NCBI RefSeq assembly: GCF_001194135.2
Contig: NC_068987.1
Span: 24,236,581-24,300,580, forward strand
DNA length: 64,000 bases
Source of the DNA: Octopus bimaculoides
Taxonomy: Eukaryota
Direction of reading: 5' to 3'
Shown here piece by piece: positions 50,381 through 61,007 of this stretch. A program made the position numbers and the translations under genes. A model generated the notes under the pieces. The model worked only from the letters and a program-made list of their open reading frames with translations, was not told where the DNA came from and searched no databases. The number at the start of each line of letters is the position of its first letter. The stretch's first letter is position 1.

Positions 50381-51061
50381 TCATTTTAAGCGGGTGGTGG
50401 TTTTAATAATGTAGGGGTTTGTGTATGCAGGGGCTGGGTTTTTTTCAATTTGTTTTGGGGTTGGCACTGTAACAGAGGGAGTGGGACTTCTTGTTTTTGT
50501 AGGGGTAGGTGAATTTGCAAGGGTGGTGATTTTTTTGTTTTCTGAGGAGCCTGGTGTCTGCGGTGGTTTCTTCTCAGTACAGTCAGCCTGATTGTGGTCC
50601 TTTTTACCACAGGCGTAACAGGTGGGCTTTCTGCCCTCGACCTGTACCCTAAGGGCCACATTCTTGCCCACGAGCACCCTCTCGGGCAGAACCTGAAGGT
50701 CCTCCTATGTCCCCTTTATTATGACAGTAATGATCCGCCCAAGCCAATCTTGAGGGACAGAGCATGTTACCTCTAGAATTTTAATTTTGTCCGCCCTGTT
50801 ATACAACAGGGTGACTACTATCTCAACAGGGTCCACTTCGGGTGGCACTTCTGCAATCTTGACCCAGGACGTCCTACATCCCATGTAGGTCAGCAGAAGC
50901 ACCACCTCCTTGGTTTTTAGGGGACACACGGAATGCCTGCGGGCCACCTCTTCCCCTGAGAAATGGACCTCCACAGTGCCGTATGCCCGTCCCCTGGTGA
51001 CGTACACTATGTCCCTCCAAATCAGGGACAGGCATTTTTCGTGAATAATCTCAACAGACAT
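50381..51061 (-). pseudogene. gag/ORF1-like protein with CCHC zinc knuckle, interrupted by one in-frame TAG
   Basis: ORFs 50705-51061 and 50381-50677 share a frame; CYACGKKDHNQADC = C-x2-C-x4-H-x4-C, followed by a Pro/Thr-rich tail. Confidence 0.75.
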
Positions 51062-51649
51062 TATTCTGTTGAAATTAATTAAACAAAAAATAAATATAAG
51101 TATTGGTTTCCCACAAAACTGGGAAACCTATCAAAAAAATTTTGTTTCCTCTCCAAAGAAGACAGCAGCTCAAAAATACAGTCCAAATCCCACCCCCGTT
51201 CGGGGGAGGGACACAAAAATTAGTCTAGAAAGACTATATGCAGTCACGGAAAAAATATAAGTCAAACAAAGCCACAATGGCCAACAAACACAGTTCAACA
51301 ATGACAAATTATAAAATTATTCCCCGGTTTTACTGGGGAACAAGACAGTTCAACAACAAATCTTCAAGAAGTCCAATAGGTAATCCAATAACACGAAGCA
51401 ACAATAACAGCACAGCAAAATACTTACCGACAAGAAAAACACATCCACACCATAGTAAGGTAAGCAAGCATCTTATCACAACCATGCCTGCACCTATTAT
51501 ATATATATAAAACTAGATGTGTGTATTTTTCCTTTGTTAACAATTAACATGGAAAGAATAGATAAATAGTTACCTGGGTAGCAAAAAATCACACAAGTAT
51601 AAAGGTTGTAACTCCTTGTTTTTAAAGGTAGAAACTCCGGGTTTACGTG

Positions 51650-52790
51650 AAATATTTTGTATAATATATATAAATAAATAGAGTTAAATGCATCACGATA
51701 TAGACCTCCATTTATGTTTGGGAACTGTTCTGCCATTTCAAAAAGTATATATATGCAGACTAAATCAGCTATTTGTGCTGAATAAGAACTTCCCATTGTA
51801 ACATCAAAACCATTTGGTGTGTCTTTACAGACCCACAACTTATTGTCAAATTTTATGATAGATTTTCTGGCTGTTAACACAACATTAATTTCTTCCCTGG
51901 TGAGATCAGCTTTGTTATGAGCAAGCCAAAGTACCTTAAGTACTATTGGGTTGATGGATGAATAAAAACTAGAAATATCAAACTGGATAAACTTAATGCC
52001 CTCCTTATTAGTAATAGAACTAAATCAGTTGACGACTTGGAATGAATTGGACCATAAAGTAAGTTTTAATTTTTTAATTAATGTAGGAACATATTTATCT
52101 AATATATTTTTACTAAGTACACCAATGTCAGAGCTAGAAGGGCAGATAAGTCTTAAGGATGGGTTATCAAAAAAATTTTGTTTATGATCTTTCAAAATAA
52201 ACTGAGGTTGCTTAGGATCAAGTGGTTCCGTCTTCATTTGTAAGTTATACTACTCTATAATTTTCATAGCCTCAATGTTGGCTTTCTTGAGTACACTTTT
52301 ATCGGTAATTCTATAGTTTTTTTTTAAATTTCCTTTTTAAGCAATTCCAAATAATAGTCCTTGTTACGTTTGTACAGGTTTCCCGTTTTATCCAACTGAA
52401 CCAGCATACTCTCCATGGTATTAATTTCCTTTGTGATATTGTGAAGATACCTCAAATGTTTATTTCTTAACGGTGATTGGTGAAATTTTACATTTCTCAC
52501 AATGGACCAAAGATCCTCAAACTGTTTCAATCTTGGGTTAGGTGGAGGACTATTTTTAGATTTAAATAATTTGTTAAATTCAGATGTTATATCATTAGTG
52601 TGTTGTTGAGTGTCCTTGTCAAAGAAAAAAGCGAACCATCTGATACAGTTGGTAAAGGAATTTATCTTATTAACGAGTTGTTTAAGGAAAGCATTCTTTG
52701 GTGGAATGGGTATATCCTTCAGAGATGCGTTAATATTAAATAACTCCATATGCTGTAACTATTTTGTTGGCAGGTTATAAGGAAACTTGG
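51650..52790 (-). mobile_element. Penelope-like element reverse transcriptase, decayed
   Basis: LDKTGNLY; PSLRLICPSSSDIGVLSKNILD; FIQFDISSFYSSI; FDVTMGS..AQIADLV..GGLYRD. Confidence 0.85.
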
Positions 52791-53449
52791 CTGAAGTATA
52801 TATATATAAAAATCTCCTTGTAAACATCATTACAGAGCGTGCATACCGATGTAAACATTGGCTGAAACACACCTTTAGATCATATAAGTGATATCTATCA
52901 TTATATATAATTCAAACATTAATTTTCTTCTTACATTTCACATTCAACAGATATATCTTTTTCCAAGTTTATATGGTTTTATTTAATTTACATATAATTA
53001 TATACTTCTCATTTATTTATTTTTTCTTTCCTTCACCCCTCCTCTCTCTATACGCTACCTTCGATGTTATATCCTCTAACATTTTTTCGAAACAAACTTA
53101 TTAGCATTCAGTTAATCACTATACATATCCATTATTTTCTGTTAAAATGTCTTATTGATGAGTTTCATTTCTTCATTTTCCTGAAGAGAAGATTACATTG
53201 TTTTGCTCCATTTTATTCCTTTGGAATAATACCAGTGATATTTTCGAAACATGTGTCAGAAGTAAAAGAATTTGAATAACACCTGTGTTTAGTTCTATAA
53301 TAAATAGTAAATAATATATATATAGTGTTTGTGTGTATATATATATACATACAAGAGGAAAAAATGGAAAACAGGACAAGTAAACACAGAGAAAGGATCC
53401 TTCATCAATTGTCAGCTGCCTATCTATTCCTCATATATATAGAGAGGGG

Positions 53450-54555
53450 GGGGCATAATTAGTAAGATTTACTGCATTTTTGACTTTCAGAAAAAAAATT
53501 TTTTTTACATATGTTCACTACCTCACAGTAACTATATCAGCTAAGCAAATGACTTCTAAATGCATTAAAACCTCTATATAAGGAGGTGTCGGGGTGCTGA
53601 AAAGTTCCTGGCTTTAAAGGTATTGCAAAAACCCTGGTTAGAGGCCCAAACTTCCGAGTTCTTTTACAAAACTTAGAAAATATGAAGCATCACTGCAATA
53701 AGTGTGTGAATCTGAGACAGGAATATGTTGAATAAAATCATAATTAACTGATCCTCCTGTATTTTCTTTTACCCAAAGCCAGGAAGCTTTCAGCACCCAT
53801 TCTTAACATAATCTGAACACTATTTCAGAAAATGATCTGTTCTTTTAAGCATATGAAAGACAAATTTAGCTGGGGCAAAATGAGCAAGACAAGACAAGGT
53901 AAATTTGTCTCTTCAGTTCTCCAGAATTACATTTGATAAAAGGCTCAGACACATCAACATCCATCCTTAGACATCAGACAGAGGAGAAATGCAACAAAAC
54001 TATTAATATTGGGGTCAAATTGACAGAGAATCATGGAAAATGGCACAATATGAAATCAACAAAACTCAACTAAATCTAAAATCTGAACATAAATATTTTC
54101 TATAACTTTTTCATGATCTGTTGGAGTGACTCTCGTTTTGATGTAGTTATGCACCGTGCAATTAAAGAGAAGAAACTGAAATTAATCATGACTCATTTTG
54201 CACCATTTTAGATACCATTTTTTGAAAATGATCAAATTAGACATTAGTGTGGGAAAAATTGACTTAGAATCCAACAGAGAAAAGAATATTGATTGTTACA
54301 GATATCTTATTAGCAACCTCAACCTCAATTACCATCGTGTCGAAGTTGAGGAAAAATATCATGAAAGGTGGTCTCTGCCACCTGACTATATTTTAAACTC
54401 TCTCAACTTCAACAACACCTGTAACGATCAATTTTTTTTTTATTTCCAAAGATGCTGCAATGCTTACAAATGAATTTCAAAGTGGGAGGGAGGAAATAAC
54501 ATGAAATCAAAAATAACTCATTTCGCTCCAGTTATCAAATTTTACCCCCGCCTAT
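53450..54555 (+). mobile_element. Copy 2 of the 2842-3732 repeat, carrying a nested mariner MITE
   Basis: Collinear with copy 1 apart from the insertion; ends gggggcataatt / aattttacccccgccta. Confidence 0.7.
53591..53798 (+). mobile_element. mariner-derived MITE, 208 bp
   Basis: TIRs ggggtgctgaaaagttcctggcttt / aaagccaggaagctttcagcaccc; internal HCNKCVNLRQEYVE* mariner C-terminus. Confidence 0.85.
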
Positions 54556-56584
54556 ATGTCTGTCTGTATGTATGTATGCATGCATTATAGTCTCCTTTCT
54601 TTGATTTCATGTGATAGTTGTAATTGAACGTTGCCATCATGCAAGCGGCGTCTTTTGTTACCAAATCTTCTAGCTCTGATCATCAGGAAAAATTACCTTA
54701 CTTGGAAACTACTAAGTGTTATCTACCTCCGCAAATCCCGTCTGACCCATGCATGAATGCACAAGTGGACATTAAGCATTGACGATGCTGATGATATAAA
54801 ATTATATGTATACACGACGCATACTTGTATGAGTACTGCCGACTTTGAAGTGATGGATGTACGCAGTTTGTATGATACTATATACTTAGATAATGGTGTT
54901 GTACCAGATATGATTCGCGTTGAACTGTACGAACACAAGTGATATTGTGTTCAGCAAGCGTGAACATTATGAGTTGTGCGAATGTTTTTTTTTTTTTTTT
55001 TTTTTTTTTGTTTATTTTACTCTCTTGGTTCTGTTGTAAGTTCATATTTTCTATTTCGCATTTGATTTTACTTATATTTTTTCAGCACACCAAAATAATT
55101 TTTAACTGCGTGTCGAGGAGAGATGAAATATGTATTAATTGTAGTGAATAAATTAATATCGCAGCAGAATAATTTATGTCACTGACTCGAGTTTTTGCTA
55201 AAGTTGACAATATAATTACTTCCCCTGACAATTTCCCTTTTTCCCTTCACTTCCTGCTATTGTTTGACGCAAATCTATGTTATTTTGACAGGCTCATATA
55301 ACAGCTGCCATTTAAGCGATAGAATAGGATATAGTAGGTTGATAACGAACTGTGTATGAAATAGATACGGCATTTTTTTTATTATTTTGTACACCTAGAA
55401 ATGGAAATTAATATTTGCTTTTGAAGCTATCATTGTCCCTCATAGTTTCTCACCACTTGTGTATATATTACATGTTCTTCCTTGGATCTATAATACGTAA
55501 GTATTATTTGTATAATATTGAAAACATGTCCCGCTAATACATGTGTTTGTTATATATTCTATAGTAAGATAAAAGAAAGTGAAGAAAATATGTCAATTAC
55601 GAAAGTAAAATGTTTTTGTTTAAAGTAAAGATGATTTTGTTTCTTTTTTCGCCACTTCGTAATTTTAATTCTAAGCTCATGCCTTTATTCCCACATTATC
55701 ACTTGACCTGCTAGAAATAATAATCAAATCGCATCCTCATTAGAAAAGGTAAAACGCATTTTATTAAATAGTCTTAGTTGGATACAGTATACCTGAAAAA
55801 AAAGACGAACGAAAGGCTGTCAGAATAGAAGTGACCAAGTGCTAAACAAGGAAACTTTGGACAAAATAGTTTTCATGCGATTATTGAAAGCATATCACTT
55901 TCAAACTGAAAGTGTCGCGTCTCGGAGATAATGATCCAAAGCAATCGTTGAATTGATTGAAGGATAGACGCGCCATTTCATATACCCACCCGTATCGCTT
56001 CCTTTGCGGAAAGAAAAATATATATTCTGTTTTAAATCACAATAACGTCGCATCCACTCACACAAATATTAATGTTTACAACAAATATATTTTAATAAAA
56101 CAATATTATAGCCTCATAATAACGAAATTACATATGTGTGTATACAACTATTCCTTTTAACCATTCCTGATAATTGTTGGGGTTGGTTCTTAACATCTGG
56201 TGCGAAACCAATAGATATTTTCGCTATTATGTGTTAATATTGTATTTTATCAATAATAATAATATACGTTTTCTTTTTCTGACTAATAGATTTTCAGACA
56301 ACTTTCAGGCTCCCCACTTGATGTATCGTATATCGCCATAGGAATCTTTTGATGCGTGCTCAAAAGCTACTGACCCTGGCAGTGCGCTCTTAGTCTTTAA
56401 AGACATGGTATTGAAAAATGCATGTTTTTACCATTCTAATTGTGTATCCTCAGATATTTCAGAAAGAATATCCCAAGGTCATACTATTCCTTTTAACCAT
56501 TTACGATGATTGCCGGGTTCTCAACTCCTGGTATGCCACCAATAGCTAATTTGGGTATTAAGAGGCCATATCACTTTTATTATT

Positions 56585-56864
56585 ATTTCATCCTTTCGCG
56601 GTCGATAAATTAAGTACCAGTGAAACACTGTGGTCGATGTAATCGACTAGTTCCCTTCCACAAAATTTCAGGCCTTGTACCTATAGTAGAAAAGGTTATT
56701 ATTATTAATAATAATAACTGTAAACCCTTTGTGGGAAATAAAGAAATCATTACTATTATCGTTAGGCGGCGAGCTGGCAGACTCGTAGCGGTATTTCGCC
56801 CGTTGCTACGTTCTAAGTTCAAATTCCTCCGAGGTCGACTTTATCTTTCATCTTTTTGGGGTCA
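56585..56864 (+). mobile_element. Deu/Nin-like SINE fragments in tandem
   Basis: ggtcgataaattaagtaccag...caggccttgtacctatagtagaa; ggcggcgagctggcag...ccgaggtcgacttt. Confidence 0.6.
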
Positions 56865-57289
56865 NNNNNNNNNNNNNNNNNNNNNNNNNNNNNNNNNNNN
56901 NNNNNNNNNNNNNNNNNNNNNNNNNNNNNNNNNNNNNNNNNNNNNNNNNNNNNNNNNNNNNNNNNNNNNNNNNNNNNNNNNNNNNNNNNNNNNNNNNNNN
57001 NNNNNNNNNNNNNNNNNNNNNNNNNNNNNNNNNNNNNNNNNNNNNNNNNNNNNNNNNNNNNNNNNNNNNNNNNNNNNNNNNNNNNNNNNNNNNNNNNNNN
57101 NNNNNNNNNNNNNNNNNNNNNNNNNNNNNNNNNNNNNNNNNNNNNNNNNNNNNNNNNNNNNNNNNNNNNNNNNNNNNNNNNNNNNNNNNNNNNNNNNNNN
57201 NNNNNNNNNNNNNNNNNNNNNNNNNNNNNNNNNNNNNNNNNNNNNNNNNNNNNNNNNNNNNNNNNNNNNATTTGTGGGGGGGGGGCTAG

Positions 57290-57680
57290 AAATCTACGAA
57301 TGCATGAACGGAGAAACTGAAACAAATATAAACAACTTGTTCCGAAACACCCTCGAGTGGAGAACGGGCCTCAAAAGTAACCCCCAATTATTTTCCACCC
57401 AAATTCCTATGTTCTCGGAATCTACATAGTCCGAGGTATATTTGTAGAAAATTTCATTAAAAAATATTTATTTTCTTGAAAGTTAAGACGAATTGAAGTG
57501 GATGCCGGTGAATTTTCCGAAATTCCCCACCCCACCCCTCCTAAAACACTTTCCCCCAAAAGTTTTGTATATACGGAATCTACATGATATAACACATATT
57601 CAAAGAAAATTGCATTAAAAAGTATCCATTTTTCTGAAAGTTATGATCATCCAAAGTCGGGGGAGGGACAGGAATCAGTA
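57290..57680 (+). mobile_element. Interspersed repeat, inverse copy of 16082-16435
   Basis: Reverse-complement similarity across the whole length. Confidence 0.6.
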
Positions 57681-57873
57681 ATGCCGAATCCACTAGTACC
57701 CTCCCCAACAATTTCGGACCTTGTATCAATAGTAAAAAAGATCATTATCGTTAGGCGGCGAGCTGGACTAAGTGCTTAGCAGTATTTCGCCCGTCGCTAC
57801 GTTCTGAGGTCGACTTTACCTTTTCAGACTTACTTTTGTACTTCACTATAAAATATTTTTTTTAAATATTAGA

Positions 57874-58119
57874 CATAGTGGAAAATTGATTTCCTACCAT
57901 GTCTCATAATGATGAGAAAGTCATAAAAATTAAGAATTTCTATTACAAAATCTTCATTTCTATATTATGTATATTCATGTCTCATTTTGCCTAACGTCAG
58001 AGCCTAAATTACCTAACCTTGAGACATGAATATACATAATACAGAAGTTTTCTTAATGTTTATGACTTTCTCATCATTATTATTATAAGACATGGTAGGG
58101 AAATCAATTTCCCACCATA
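57874..58119. repeat. Fold-back MITE-like hairpin (~100-nt arms, ~35-nt loop)
   Basis: gtggaaaattgatttcctaccatgtctcataat...gtatattcatgtctca pairs with tgagacatgaatatac...gacatggtagggaaatcaatttcccac. Confidence 0.85.
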
Positions 58120-58330
58120 CTCTTTACTCTTTTACTTGTTTCAGTCATTTGACTGCCGCCATGCTAGAGCACCGCCTTTAGTCAAGCAAATCGATCCCAG
58201 GACTTATTCTTTGTAAGCCTAGTACTTATTCTATCATTCTCTTTTACCAAACCGCTAAGTTACGGGGACATAAACACGCCAGCATCGGTTGTCAAGTGAT
58301 GTTGGGGGGACAAACGCAAACACACACACC
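58120..58330 (-). mobile_element. tRNA/CORE-type SINE 3' part
   Basis: Near-identical to 8085-8275. Confidence 0.8.
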
Positions 58331-59629
58331 TACATATATATATATATATANNNNNNNNNNNNNNNNNNNNNNNNNNNNNNNNNNNNNNNNNNNNNNNNNN
58401 NNNNNNNNNNNNNNNNNNNNNNNNNNNNNNNNNNNNNNNNNNNNNNNNNNNNNNNNNNNNNNNNNNNNNNNNNNNNNNNNNNNNNNNNNNNNNNNNNNNN
58501 NNNNNNNNNNNNNNNNNNNNNNNNNNNNNNNNNNNNNNNNNNNNNNNNNNNNNNNNNNNNNNNNNNNNNNNNNNNNNNNNNNNNNNNNNNNNNNNNNNNN
58601 NNNNNNNNNNNNNNNNNNNNNNNNNNNNNNNNNNNNNNNNNNNNNNNNNNNNNNNNNNNNNNNNNNNNNNNNNNNNNNNNNNNNNNNNNNNNNNNNNNNN
58701 NNNNNNNNNNNNNNNNNNNNNNNNNNNNNNNNNNNNNNNNNNNNNNNNNNNNNNNNNNNNNNNNNNNNNNNNNNNNNNNNNNNNNNNNNNNNNNNNNNNN
58801 NNNNNNNNNNNNNNNNNNNNNNNNNNNNNNNNNNNNNNNNNNNNNNNNNNNNNNNNNNNNNNNNNNNNNNNNNNNNNNNNNNNNNNNNNNNNNNNNNNNN
58901 NNNNNNNNNNNNNNNNNNNNNNNNNNNNNNNNNNNNNNNNNNNNNNNNNNNNNNNNNNNNNNNNNNNNNNNNNNNNNNNNNNNNNNNNNNNNNNNNNNNN
59001 NNNNNNNNNNNNNNNNNNNNNNNNNNNNNNNNNNNNNNNNNNNNNNNNNNNNNNNNNNNNNNNNNNNNNNNNNNNNNNNNNNNNNNNNNNNNNNNNNNNN
59101 NNNNNNNNNNNNNNNNNNNNNNNNNNNNNNNNNNNNNNNNNNNNNNNNNNNNNNNNNNNNNNNNNNNNNNNNNNNNNNNNNNNNNNNNNNNNNNNNNNNN
59201 NNNNNNNNNNNNNNNNNNNNNNNNNNNNNNNNNNNNNNNNNNNNNNNNNNNNNNNNNNNNNNNNNNNNNNNNNNNNNNNNNNNNNNNNNNNNNNNNNNNN
59301 NNNNNNNGTTCCAAGGATTCTGGATTATTTTTCCTGTTTTTTTACTTAATTTTTGAGAGCAATTGGGTTCAATTTTAGTATTCTCATTTGTGAGAGCAGT
59401 CGAATTTATTTCAGATATTCTCATTTTAAAAATCGTCTTTGGCTAATCGTTGAGAGGACATTGGTGTTTCCTTGGCGGAGGTTTGCGCTCTCTGAGTGCT
59501 CTTGTTATTATTGGTTTACTTCTTTGTTCTGGCAGATTCTGTGAGAGTGGGCAGCAGCCTGCTGTCAGAGGTTTCACAGGGTCTTTTTCCACACATTATA
59601 GGCTTTGATATTTGGTTGTTAATTATTGT

Positions 59630-60345
59630 GGGAGACATTCAACATCCAAATACCAATCTCAAAATCCTAGCTATCCCCAACAGAGCAGTTTTGGGGGCTT
59701 GCTCTGCTCTCGTGTCAATTCTGATTTCTTTGACATATTTCTCGAACTTGGTTGTTAATGCTCTGAAATGACAGACACTCTCCTCATAATCCACATTCTT
59801 GCAATTTCATCTTTTAGTAGTCTGTACTTTTCAATCTTTCTACTTATTTATCACTTATGCGTGAATTTCCAGGTATTGCAATATCTATGATCTTGGTTTC
59901 CCTTTTTCTTTTATCTACAATATTTGTTCTCCAATCCTTGATCAGGGAGTCACATTGGTTTGTATAATCCCACAGTATCTTATGTTCCTTGTTCTCGGTG
60001 ACTCTTGGTTCATGTTTGTACCATTTCCGTGCTCCGTTCAGGCTGTACCTCTCACATGACTTCCAGTGGATGAACTTAGCCATGTTATTGTGCCACCTTT
60101 TGTAGTGCTTTTGGGCCAGCTTGCTACACTCACTCACAATATGTGAGATTGTTTTGTTTCTGCTGCCACACCTCCTACAAAGGGACAATTTGCTACTCTT
60201 ATCTATTCGGGACTTGATGTAATTAGTGCATCCTTTTCGATCACTTTTTCTTAGCCATCTCTAAGTGTTGATCTTACCTTTCTCTGAGGTGTTGCCCATG
60301 CATTGGTTTCATTTTCCAGTTGTTTACTCTTTGTTCTTCATTTTG
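59630..60345 (-). mobile_element. R4/Dong-type non-LTR retrotransposon C-terminus (CCHC plus restriction-like endonuclease)
   Basis: MHGQHL; CRRCGSRNKTISHIVSECSKLAQ; KILWD; IIDIAIPG; TALLGIARILR. Confidence 0.8.
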
Positions 60346-61007
60346 TTTTTTAAATGTTTGTGGGTGCATCACATTTTTGGTAGATTTGAAACCATTATTT
60401 TTGGTTAAATATCTTCTCTCTATCACCCTTTTTGTTGACATTTAATTGTCTCTTATGATACCATCTCTGTATTTCAGGTTATCTGATAATACTGATGTGA
60501 CAATTTCTGACACAAGACACATCAACTGACTAATGAAGAATATGAAAGACTGAAGAATGACTTCGTGAAGTTAACATGTGACAGAGATTATCTAACTTCT
60601 CCGAAATGTTTTAAAGTTAATTGGAAATATATGTCTTGTCTTGATTTTTTTGTGGTTGAACTCAAGAAATTTAATAGAAAACATTACCAACCTTAATGCA
60701 TAAGATATCTGGATATATTTTGAAAATTGGATTGATTGAATACAATCATATTTGAGACGATAACATTTAATTCAAAAATTAAAATCAACAAGTATGGTAT
60801 TTACCTGAAAAGTGTATGAAAAATGTTTATATGTAAGTGACAGCTGAAAAAAAATTTCAAATTACTATGTACATTGTCACAAAAAATAATCTGTGTCATA
60901 ATAACATCTTAATCACAGTCTCACTTTACCTTATAAAACTATGAATTAAAGAAGGACATATATAAAGAAGAAATTAAATTTGCATTTTGTGAGGAACATA
61001 TGACATT

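Noticed and set aside
54757-54942. 61-aa ORF MHKWTLSIDD... in a CpG-richer stretch
   Set aside because: No recognisable domain and short enough to arise by chance; may be a non-coding first exon, but unsupported.
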